Source of the DNA: an uncultured Alphaproteobacteria bacterium
Lineage (GTDB): Bacteria; Pseudomonadota; Alphaproteobacteria; Sphingomonadales; Sphingomonadaceae
Length of the DNA: 64,000 nt
Assembly (NCBI GenBank): GCA_963827675.1
Contig: CAWHBP010000008.1
Coordinates: 381,088 to 445,087, forward strand
Reading direction: 5' to 3'
The notes under the pieces are model-generated. The model did no database searches, had not been told where the DNA came from, and saw only the letters and a list, made by a program, of their open reading frames with translations. A program made the translations under genes and the position numbers. Below are positions 11,300 through 19,806 of the stretch, piece by piece. The stretch's first letter is position 1, and each line of letters opens with the position of its first letter.

Positions 11300-11369
11300 C
11301 TCGTGGGTGGTTGCCCCGATTGAGGGCGCGGCCAACAACGCCGATTACGGATTTGCTGTGAGGTGAATC

Positions 11370-12335
11370 ATGTCCGAGACTACCCTAGTTAGCACTGACA
11401 ATTTCGCGCGCGCCGAGACGGACAACTACTTTTCAGGCTTCGTGAAGGAAGGCGCGTTCGGCAAGCTCGTGCACGATCGCAAACTGACCGACGTCGCTCA
11501 TCAGCCCGTGGTGCGGATGAACCGCGACACACTCTACTCGCGCGGTGTGTTCGATCTCGACGCCGGGCCGGTGACGGTGACGCTGCCGGAAGCGAAGGGG
11601 CGGTTCATGTCGATGCTCCTAGTCGACCAGGACCACTACACCCCAGGCACCTACTATGCGCCAAGCCGGACCACGATCACTCGCGAGCAGGTTGGCACGC
11701 GCTACGTCGCGCTGCTGTTCCGCACCTTCATTGATCCCAACGATCCGGCGGACCTCGAAGCTGTTCGTGCCTTGCAGGATGCGATCGCAATCGAGCAGGC
11801 TTCCGCAGGCACGTTCGAGGTCCCGACATGGGACCAGGCATCGCTCACGCAAGTGCGCAACACGCTGAAGGAAAGCGGCGCATATAACCCGAGCGAGGCG
11901 TTCGGGATGCGTGAGCAGGTCGATCCGAGGGCCCATTTGCTCGGCACCGCGCAGGGCTGGGGCGGCAATCCGCCCAAGGATGCGGTCTATGCCCGTGGCG
12001 CGCCTACGAAGAACGACGGCACCACGGTCTATCGACTGACTGTAAGGGACGTGCGGGTCGACGGCTTCTGGTCGCTCAGCGTCTACAACGCGGACGGCTT
12101 CTTCGAGCCCAACCCGCAAAACGCCTATTCGCTGAACAACATCACCGCGAAGCCGGACGCGGACGGCTCCTACACGATCCAGTTTGGTGGCTGTGGCGAG
12201 GGCATGCGTAACTGCCTGCCGATTATGCCGGGGTGGAACTACGCAGTGCGTATGTATCGCCCACGCAAGGAGCTGCTCGACGGCTCATGGACGTTTCCAG
12301 AAGCAGTAGAAGTTCGCGAACAGGCTCATGCTTAA
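11370..12335 (+). CDS. DUF1254/DUF1214 domain protein
   Basis: VVRMNRDTLYS...DLDAGPVTVTLP and VDGFWSLSVYN...GWNYAVRMYRP motifs; GAGGTG RBS upstream. Confidence 0.9.
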   Translation: MSETTLVSTDNFARAETDNYFSGFVKEGAFGKLVHDRKLTDVAHQPVVRMNRDTLYSRGVFDLDAGPVTVTLPEAKGRFMSMLLVDQDHYTPGTYYAPSRTTITREQVGTRYVALLFRTFIDPNDPADLEAVRALQDAIAIEQASAGTFEVPTWDQASLTQVRNTLKESGAYNPSEAFGMREQVDPRAHLLGTAQGWGGNPPKDAVYARGAPTKNDGTTVYRLTVRDVRVDGFWSLSVYNADGFFEPNPQNAYSLNNITAKPDADGSYTIQFGGCGEGMRNCLPIMPGWNYAVRMYRPRKELLDGSWTFPEAVEVREQAHA

Positions 12336-12341
12336 ACTGCG

Positions 12342-12375
12342 CTAGTGGCAGCTTTCCACCCATTGCGGACATTGG
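12342..12375 (+). repeat. 34-bp site C (hybrid arms)
   Basis: CTAGTGGCAGCTT-TCCACCCA-TTGCGGACATTGG, starting 7 bp after the DUF1254 stop. Confidence 0.85.
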
Positions 12376-12479
12376 AACTTCGAGCGCAGAACGTCATGAT
12401 GGACCAGGACGAGAAGCGCAGGGAAGAGCGGCTAAAGAAGGTCGCTAAGGCTAATCCCAGCGAGAAGGGCAACTAGAGA

Positions 12480-12647
12480 GTGGGCCTCCTAGCTCTGCTG
12501 TTTCTTCTCCCGCTCCTCGCCTACTGCTTTGTGCAGACCGTTCGAGATTTTCGTGCCCGCAGAGTTGCGTTGGCGCTCTGGGGCGTTGCGATGGTCGCAC
12601 TGATGCTCTGGCTAATCATTCAAGCGGGGCGCGGCCCCCACTACTAG
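12480..12647 (+). CDS. Small two-TM hypothetical protein (55 aa)
   Basis: Hand translation from GTG: MGLLALLFLLPLLAYCFVQTVRDFRARRVALALWGVAMVALMLWLIIQAGRGPHY; below the ORF track length cutoff. Confidence 0.55.
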   Translation: MGLLALLFLLPLLAYCFVQTVRDFRARRVALALWGVAMVALMLWLIIQAGRGPHY

Positions 12648-12740
12648 CCCTCTGAAAAATTCATGGAGTTGGCGTCTCAGCCGCCCGTGTTTGCAAAAGG
12701 CATTATCCCCACTTTCTTGGGGGTACGTTACTCCCCTGCG

Positions 12741-12774
12741 GGAATGTCAGCATTCCACCCAAAGCAGACATTTC
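12741..12774 (+). repeat. 34-bp site D
   Basis: GGAATGTCAGCAT-TCCACCCA-AAGCAGACATTTC; pairing extends outward (GCGGGA...TCCCGC). Confidence 0.85.
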
Positions 12775-13085
12775 CCGCTGAACAACAGGCGCCTACTTCT
12801 TCTGCTCCGCTGCCATCTACGAACTAAATCCTGTCCTACAGCCCGTGCGTCGTGCCACGTATCGCAGATGGCTGAGAGTGCCGCCTCTTCGGAAAACAGC
12901 TTCGCGTTACCGTCGCCGTCACCTCGGCTCAGGGCACAACTGTCACCCTCCTTTGTCCGCAGCTACTCAGCGATCTGGCCGTTCCAAGTCACAAAGTGAA
13001 GGAAGTGGAAGGATCCCCGTTTCGACCCCCCTACGGTCACATCGCTGACACTTGATGCCGGAATGAAGCAGCCCAAATCGGCCAC

Positions 13086-13779
13086 ATGATCGACATCCGC
13101 AAATTCGACAGCCTCGGCCACGCCGATCACGGCTGGCTCAACGCCCGCCACCATTTCTCCTTCGCGAGCTATCACGATCCGCAGCGGATGGGCTGGGGAC
13201 GTATCCGCGTCTGGAATGACGACCAGATCGCGGCGCAGAGCGGCTTTCCGCCGCATCCGCACCGCGACATGGAGATCGTGACCTACGTCCGCACCGGCGC
13301 GATCACGCACCAGGATTCGATGGGCAACAAGGGCCGCACCGGGGCGGGGGATGTGCAGGTCATGAGCGCGGGCACCGGCGTGACCCACGCCGAGTATAAT
13401 CTCGAGGACGAGCAGACGACCCTGTTCCAGATCTGGATCGAGACCGACAGGCCGTCGGCGCCGCCGAGCTGGGGCGCGATGCCCTTCCCGAAGGAACTCG
13501 CGGCAGGGCGCGTTCCAGCTTCTTGCTAGCGGAAACCAGGACGATGGCGTGCTCACCATCAACGCCGACGCACGGATCCATGGAGCCACGGTGGGCGCAG
13601 GCCAATCGATCTCGATCGACGCCGCGCCCGACAGGCACCTGTATCTGGTGCCGAGCGGCCGAGTGCGCGTGAACGGCGTCGAGGCGGGTCCGCGGGACGG
13701 GGTCGCCATCACCGGCGAGAGCAAGCTCGAGATCCAGGCCGAGGACGACGCCGAGCTGGTGCTGGTCGACGCTCGTTAG
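13086..13779 (+). CDS. Pirin family protein (frameshift near 13500)
   Basis: DHGWLNARHHFSFA, GFPPHPHRDMEIVTYV, QVMSAGTGVTHAE; C-terminus in ORF 13549-13779. Confidence 0.93.
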
Positions 13780-13910
13780 CTGAAACCGGCGATCCCGGCG
13801 CGAGTCCGTTTCGGTTCATCCATCCTGTGCTTGAATCCTCGCGGCCAGATAGGCATGTGCTTGGCGCGCCGCGGGAAATTGGCGCGACCACTGGACAGAG
13901 GCGGGATGGA

Positions 13911-15183
13911 ATGAGGGGCGCTCGGCGCTTGACGATTGCTTGCTTGGCGGCCGGGCTGATGCTCGGGTCCGCCAGCGCGTCTGCGCAAGACGCGGCGACG
14001 ACCACGAACACGCCCGCAGCGCAGGCCGTCGGCCCGCGGGAGCTTGAGAACTTCAGCCTTCAGGGCAATGTCACCCGTGCCGCTGAGGAACCCGCGCAGC
14101 GGTCTTCGGCGGCACCTTCGGCCTCGACGCGGGACGATCAGCCCGCATCTACGGCTTCGACGGTCCGGCAGCCGCGGGAGCGTACGGCGAGCGCGGGGCC
14201 GGCAGCGTCTTCACCACGCACCACCCCTTCACCGCAGCGCGAGCCGGGGCGAAAGACTGCAACGGCGGCCACTCAGCCGACGACAACGCCGTCTGATGGC
14301 CTTCTCGCGCAGCCGACGCCGACGCCAGCCGACGCCGACACCGACACCTGCAGCGGCGATAAGCTTTGCTCCGCCGCCGCTCGCCTCGACGGACACGCTC
14401 GCGCCGCAGCGCGGCTTCTCGCTCTTGCCGTGGCTGCTCGCAGCGCTCGCGGTCGCCGCCGCCGGCCTGTTCCTGTTCTGGCGAAACCGTTCGCGGCCCG
14501 CCCTTGCCGGTGGCCCGCAGGCGGATTTCTTCCAGGCTCCGGAAGCCAAGCCGATACGGTGGCTGACGCCAGAGGAGCTTGAACCGAAGCCGATGCCGCG
14601 TCCGGCGCCCTCACCGACGCCGGAACCGCCTGCGCCGCCGCGCGCCGAAACGCCCGCGCCACCGCCGATCGGCGTCGTTTCGACCAGCCTGCGCCCGTGG
14701 GTCGAGATCAGCATGCAACCCCTTCGCTGCATGGTCGCCGACGCCAACGTCACCTTTGAGTTCGAGTTGGAACTGTTCAACTCGGGCAGCGCCCCCGCAC
14801 GCGATATCCTTGTCGAAGCGGTGGTGGTCAACGCCGGCGAGAGCCAGGATCAGGACCTGGCCACCTTCTTCGCCCGGCCACCGGGTCCGGGGCAGCGCAT
14901 TGAAATCGTCCCGCCGCTCAGCCGCACGGCTTTCGTCACCCAGGTCGTGATCGCTCGCGAGCACATCCGGTCGTTCGACATGGGCGGCCGCGAGGTGTTC
15001 GTGCCGCTGCTCGCGTTCAACGCTTTCTATCGCCGTGGATCGGGCGAGGCGCAGTCCTCCGTCGCCTATCTCATTGGCCCCGGCACCAAGGGCGACAAGC
15101 TTGCGCCCTTCCGTCTGGATCTCGGCGCGCGCCTGTTCGAAGCGTTGGGCGCGCGGCTGCTGCCGCTCGGCGTTCGGAAGTAG
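13911..15183 (+). CDS. Pro/Ala-rich single-TM hypothetical protein (frameshift near 14325)
   Basis: Signal peptide ASA-QD, low-complexity spacer, TM LLPWLLAALAVAAAGLFLFWR, globular C-terminal domain; two overlapping ORFs. Confidence 0.7.
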
Positions 15184-15801
15184 CTAGAGCACGCTGCTGT
15201 TGTAGCTGTGCCAGGCGAGCACCGCGGCCGCACCGCGATACGGTCGCCATGCTTCAGCGAATTCCCTCAGCTGCTTTTCGCTTGGCTTCTCCGGCAGGCC
15301 CATCAACCTCCCGATCTCGACCATCACCGCAAGGTCCCCCGCAGGGAAGATGTCCTCCCGCCCTTCGGCGAAGAGCAGATAGATTTCGGCCGACCAGCGC
15401 CCGATACCCTTGATCTTGGTCAGCAGGGCGATCGCTTCCTCGTCGTCTTCCGGCAGATGCCCAAGATCGAGTTCACCGGATGTGACCAGTTCCGCAAGGC
15501 TCCGGATGTAACCGGCCTTCTGGCGCGACATTCCAGCCGCGCGCATTTCCTCGTCGCTGGCCGCGAGCAGCCCCTTGAGGTCCGGCGGTGATCCGAACGC
15601 CGCTTCCAGCTTCGCCCACATCGACCGGGCGGCGGCGACGCTGACCTGCTGGCCGACGATCGTCCTGAGCAGGGTGTGCGCCCCGGGCTGGCTGCTCCGC
15701 GGTTCGGGAATTCCGTGCTTCGCGAGGACCTGAGCAAAGGCCGGTTCTCGCTCGGCCAATGCTTCTGCATGCTTGCGGATGCTATCGCTCGTGCGGACCA
15801 T
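15184..15801 (-). CDS. DNA-3-methyladenine glycosylase II (AlkA family)
   Basis: TIVGQQVSVAAA, HhH IKGIGRWSAE, FPAGDL, WRPYRG. Confidence 0.93.
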   Translation of the reverse strand: MVRTSDSIRKHAEALAEREPAFAQVLAKHGIPEPRSSQPGAHTLLRTIVGQQVSVAAARSMWAKLEAAFGSPPDLKGLLAASDEEMRAAGMSRQKAGYIRSLAELVTSGELDLGHLPEDDEEAIALLTKIKGIGRWSAEIYLLFAEGREDIFPAGDLAVMVEIGRLMGLPEKPSEKQLREFAEAWRPYRGAAAVLAWHSYNSSVL

Positions 15802-16544
15802 CAGCTGGTGCTCGCAGCATAGAGGGCGACGGCTGCGGCATTCGACACGTTGAGGCTTTCGATCACGTCGCTGATCGGCAGCTTCGCGAGCTGATCACAA
15901 TGCTCGCGCGTGTTGGGACGCAGTCCCGGCCCTTCCGCGCCGAGCACCAGCGCAACGCGCGGCGGACCGAGCGCATCCTTGAGGTCCATGTCCGCGTCCC
16001 CTGTGAGGCCGATACGCCAGAAGCCCGCCTCGCCGATCTCTTCCAGCGCACGGGCCAGGTTCACCACGCGGATCCAGGGCAAGCGCTCCAGCGCGCCCGA
16101 CGCGGCCTTGGCGACGACGCCGCTTTCCGGCGGCGAGTGGCGGTCCTGGGTGACGATGCCCACAGCGCCGAATGCCGCAGCGGACCTCAGGATCGCGCCG
16201 ACATTATGCGGGTCGGTCACCTGGTCCAGGACGAGCAGGACGGCCCTTTCCGGCGCGCCGGTCAGAATGTCGTCGAGCCACGTGTCTTCAAGCGCCTCGA
16301 CCTCAATGACAATGCCCTGGTGCGGAGCGTCGTGCGGAACCAGCCGTCCGAGGTCGGCGACGTCTGCGAAGGTGACCGCAACGTCCTTCGGGAATTGCAT
16401 GAACGAGGCAGCATCGCGCGTGGCCCAGGCGCGCAACACTTTCCGGCTCGGATTGTCGAGCGCTGCGGCAACCGCGTGCTTGCCCCAAAAACGGGGGCGG
16501 TTCGCTGTGCCGTGGCTTTGGTGCGATTTCTTTCGGCGGGACAC
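15801..16544 (-). CDS. rlmB: 23S rRNA Gm2251 methyltransferase (TrmH/SpoU family)
   Basis: PHQG, LDQVTDPHNVGAILRSA, LGAEGPGLR, ESLNVSNA. Confidence 0.92.
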   Translation of the reverse strand: MSRRKKSHQSHGTANRPRFWGKHAVAAALDNPSRKVLRAWATRDAASFMQFPKDVAVTFADVADLGRLVPHDAPHQGIVIEVEALEDTWLDDILTGAPERAVLLVLDQVTDPHNVGAILRSAAAFGAVGIVTQDRHSPPESGVVAKAASGALERLPWIRVVNLARALEEIGEAGFWRIGLTGDADMDLKDALGPPRVALVLGAEGPGLRPNTREHCDQLAKLPISDVIESLNVSNAAAVALYAASTS

Positions 16545-16589
16545 GGGAGCGCAATTGGGCAAGTGCGGCCCAGTACGCAATCCCCTCGC

Positions 16590-17057
16590 TTAGCTGGACG
16601 CAAGCCGATCGGCGGAAACTCGCTCGAAATCCTCATATTTCCGCGTGCGCCAGCAAGCGGCCAGGATGATGAGCAGGATCGGGTAGCTCCAGAACACGGC
16701 CGCCGCGGCATAGGCGCGCGGCATGAGCTGGTCGTCGATCGCTTTCAGGATGTGAGCAGTGCTCATGGTCAGCTGAAGGCCGGCGACCCACAAGGGCCAG
16801 AAACGCGACGATCGGAGGGCGACGGCAACGAACGTCATCAGCATCGCGCAGTCGAGGGCAAGGAGGCCCGGCTCCACGGTCGCATAGTCCATCTTCATCG
16901 GGCCCAGGATGAAATGTGTCGCCAGCGTCGCGATGGCGCATGCGCCTGCCGCGATCCGCTCATCGGTTCGTCCACGCACGGTTGCCGCCACGCAAACGAC
17001 CACCAAAAGGGTCCAGAAGATGATCGGTGGCAGCATCGTGGCGAGCAACCGGGCCAC
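16590..17057 (-). CDS. Hypothetical multi-TM membrane protein
   Basis: Several hydrophobic segments, ALRSSRFWPLWVAGLQL motif; start may be downstream (MLPP). Confidence 0.75.
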   Translation of the reverse strand: MARLLATMLPPIIFWTLLVVVCVAATVRGRTDERIAAGACAIATLATHFILGPMKMDYATVEPGLLALDCAMLMTFVAVALRSSRFWPLWVAGLQLTMSTAHILKAIDDQLMPRAYAAAAVFWSYPILLIILAACWRTRKYEDFERVSADRLASS

Positions 17058-17081
17058 ATTGCTGCGGCCCGGTCAATTCCC

Positions 17082-17432
17082 TCAGGCGACGACGCGCAGG
17101 TCCGGAAGCCCGACACCGCTCGGAGGAGGGCATTCCTCGGTGTCGCCCCAGGCGACGGTGCGCAGGCCCGGGATCGTCTTCCGGCTCTCGGCCAGCGCGA
17201 CGTGGCAATTGGCGATGCTGCCCCGCGCAGCGACCAGGCCGTTCAGTGATGCGGCGAGCTGCGCGAACGCTTCGTGGCTCTGCGAAATCCCCGCGCGGGT
17301 CACGCCGCGCGCCCGAACCATCCGCGCCTGAAGTTCCGCGATTTCGGCAAGCGCAGCTTCGATGCTGTCCTCGACCGCGCGAACCTGGGTTGCGACTTCG
17401 TAGGCGGCGTTCTCGATCATCTCTTTGCGCAT
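17082..17432 (-). CDS. Hypothetical helical protein
   Basis: 116-aa ORF with GAAGGA RBS, coiled-coil-like body, ends WGDTEECPP..LRVVA. Confidence 0.8.
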   Translation of the reverse strand: MRKEMIENAAYEVATQVRAVEDSIEAALAEIAELQARMVRARGVTRAGISQSHEAFAQLAASLNGLVAARGSIANCHVALAESRKTIPGLRTVAWGDTEECPPPSGVGLPDLRVVA

Positions 17433-17507
17433 GACAGTTCCTTCCCCGGCGCATAGGCGCCGTGGTGGCTGCCGGTCCGATCTGAAGTGGTCGGTGGTTG
17501 CGAGCCT

Positions 17508-18116
17508 TTAGCTCTGCAGCATCCTTGAGAGGCTTTCGAGTCCGGCGAGATACATGCCCGCCGAGAACGCCGATCCGATTGCGATCGCCGCAATCCAGAA
17601 CAGCCTCTGGCCGACACTCATCTCATTCCGGGGGTTGCTCCTCGTTGCGAACGGCGGTTGCAGGGAAGGCCAGAATGATGCGGGCCTCTGCTCGGTTAGG
17701 AAACTCGCCTCCCCGACCTCCCCTGCGCGGCCAGCGTGCCGAATTTGATGGCTGGCCGCGGCCGGTGGTTGGCCGGTGGGCGCGCTTGTCTCAATGTACG
17801 GCGATTGATGTATCAACCGCTGATACGGCTCTCGGTATTGGACGACGAGGCGCGCCGCCTGGGCGCGGCGCTCGACACCGAGAATTTGCAGCGCCTGTCG
17901 AATTCGCTGATCGACGGTGTGGGGGGAGATGCCAAGCTCGACCGCGATTTCTTTCGAGTTCAGATGCTGGTCGACGAGGAGGAGGCAGTCGAGTTGCCCC
18001 GCCGTCAGGCGAGCGACGCGCTGGGCGATCTCGCAATCTTGTGCGGCTCTGTGAGGATCATCGGCGGAATCAGACACGCCCGCCGTCTCCTTCAATGCCA
18101 TTGCCCCGCTAAACAT
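17508..18116 (-). CDS. LuxR-type HTH regulator with C-terminal TM helix
   Basis: LTAGQLDCL...SKEIAVELGISPHTVDQRI HTH; C-terminal hydrophobic LFWIAAIAIGSAFSAGMYLAGL. Confidence 0.85.
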   Translation of the reverse strand: MFSGAMALKETAGVSDSADDPHRAAQDCEIAQRVARLTAGQLDCLLLVDQHLNSKEIAVELGISPHTVDQRIRQALQILGVERRAQAARLVVQYREPYQRLIHQSPYIETSAPTGQPPAAASHQIRHAGRAGEVGEASFLTEQRPASFWPSLQPPFATRSNPRNEMSVGQRLFWIAAIAIGSAFSAGMYLAGLESLSRMLQS

Positions 18117-18431
18117 GGCGGTACTCCCCGAGCAACGAGTCCGGGAATGCCCTTATTCCATATCCCGGCATTTTACCAGTTTTCTGCAGTTTTTCGGCAA
18201 TTCCGGCTGCCCGCCTGCATTTGGCCGCCGTTATGTTCGGAAGGCGACGGTCAGTTCGCGCGGTCACCGGCACGAAGCCGGCAAACGAATCCGTCAGAAG
18301 CCGCATTCTGCACGCCTTCCCCACCACGAATGACCTCTTAAGGGGGCAGAAGCGAGCTCCTAGGGGCGCTGCGTCGAATGGGCGAACAGAACGACCAAAG
18401 CTCGAACTCGCCAATGTGATGCCTGAAGGGG

Positions 18432-18518
18432 TGGTGGAGAGGGCTGGATTTCGAACCAGCGTACGCTTGCGCGGGCAGATTTACAGTCTGCTGCCTTTAA
18501 CCACTCGGCCACCTCTCC
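18432..18518 (-). tRNA. tRNA-Tyr (GTA)
   Basis: GGAGAGGTGGCCGAGTGGTTAAAGGCAGCAGACTGTAAATCTGC, long variable arm, GGTTCGA, CCA end; one extra A in T-loop. Confidence 0.96.
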
Positions 18519-18660
18519 ACGAGGATCGCTAGGCGCAGACCATCCAGGGTGGTCGAGCACGGCGGTCAGGCGCGCCACATGGCGGCGCACCAATGCTGTG
18601 TCAACGCGTGATACGGCGCTGTCGCCCCGCGAGGCGAGCCTCGCGTGCGCTCCAATTTCG

Positions 18661-18679
18661 AACCTGCCCCCGGCAGGTT
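18661..18679. other. Short hairpin between the two tRNAs
   Basis: AACCTGCC-CCC-GGCAGGTT perfect inverted repeat just 3' of tRNA-Gly; processing or termination signal. Confidence 0.55.
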
Positions 18680-18686
18680 GCGAAAT

Positions 18687-18760
18687 TGGAGCGGGTGAAG
18701 GGAATCGAACCCTCGTCGTAAGCTTGGAAGGCTTCTGCTCTACCATTGAGCTACACCCGC
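18687..18760 (-). tRNA. tRNA-Gly (TCC)
   Basis: GCGGGTGTAGCTCAATGGTAGAGCAGAAGCCTTCCAAGCTT...GGTTCGATTCCCTTCACCCGCTCCA. Confidence 0.97.
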
Positions 18761-18862
18761 TCGCCAAGCGCTGACGTGCCAGATGCCCATGCGGCTGCTC
18801 AGCGTCAACCCGCGCTCATTGGCGATAACGTTGCGGACCTGATACGATTTCGTCGCGCGTAC

Positions 18863-18887
18863 GGAACCACTCGCGCTCGCAACGATT
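18863..18887 (+). promoter_or_regulatory. Putative EcfG (sigma-T) promoter of ku-ligD
   Basis: GGAAC-N16-GATT shortly upstream of ku start; near the GGAAC-N16/17-CGTT consensus. Confidence 0.55.
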
Positions 18888-18909
18888 GAATCGGCCGAAG
18901 GAGACCTTG

Positions 18910-19803
18910 ATGGCTGCGCGTCCAGTTTGGCGAGGACAAATCCGCCTCGCCTTGGTGTCGATCCCGGTCGAGCTCTACCCCGCGACCAAGAGCGGGGCGC
19001 AGATCCAGTTCCACCAGGTGCACGAGCCGACCGGCAAGCGCATCAAATATGAGAAGGTGGTGCCCGGCGTCGGCGCCGTCGACAAGCGACGAGATCGTCA
19101 AAGGCTACGAGGTGTCGAAGGGCCATTACGTGCTGCTCGACCCCGAGGAGATCGAGAGCGTCAAGCTCGAGAGCCGCAAGACGCTCGACCTCGTCCAGTT
19201 CGTCGACGACGAGCGAGATCGAGGCGATGTACTTCGAGAAGCCCTATTACGTCGTCCCGGCCGACGATCTCGCCGAGGAAGCCTATGTCGTCCTTCGCGA
19301 TGCGCTTCGCGACGCCAAGAAGATCGGCGTCGGCCAGCTCGCGATGCGCGGGCAGGAATATGTCGTCGCCATCAAGCCGTGCGGCCGCGGAATGCTGATG
19401 GAGACGCTCCGCTACGCCGACGAGGTCAACAAGAGCACCGGCTTTTTCCGCGACATCGGCGACCACAAGCCCGATCCCGACCTGCTCGACATGGCCGCGA
19501 TGCTGATCGAGCGCAAAGCCGGCGAATTCAACCCGGCCGAGTTCCACAACCGCTACGTCGATGCGCTTCGCGACCTGATCGAGGAAAAGCAGAAGTCGAA
19601 GGGCGAGAAGGTCATCCAGGATCCGGACGCCGACGCCGCGCCGCCCAAGGGCTCGAACGTGATCGACCTGATGGCGGCGCTCAAGAAAAGCCTTGGCGAC
19701 GACAAGGCCAAGGGCGCGGGCAAAGAGTCGCAAGAAGGCGACAGCGAAGAAGGCCGCTCCCAAGAAAGCTCCGGCGAAGAAGGCGGCACGCAAACGGGCG
19801 TAA
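18910..19803 (+). CDS. ku: Ku NHEJ protein (frameshifted)
   Basis: MAARPVWRGQIRLALVSIPVELYPA, IVKGYEVSKG, YFEKPYYVVP, NVIDLMAALKKSL across three frames. Confidence 0.95.
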
Positions 19804-19806
19804 ATC

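Noticed and set aside
9384-12774. CRISPR array or classical integron interpretation of the 34-bp repeats
   Set aside because: Intervals are 0.37-1.85 kb and gene-containing, no cas or intI gene is present, and the sites lack attC GTTRRRY ends.
18445-18456. Eight-base T-loop in tRNA-Tyr
   Set aside because: Extra A lies in a homopolymer; probable sequencing error.
18432-18760. Prophage or ICE integrated at tRNA-Tyr/Gly
   Set aside because: No integrase and no duplicated tRNA 3' end found nearby.
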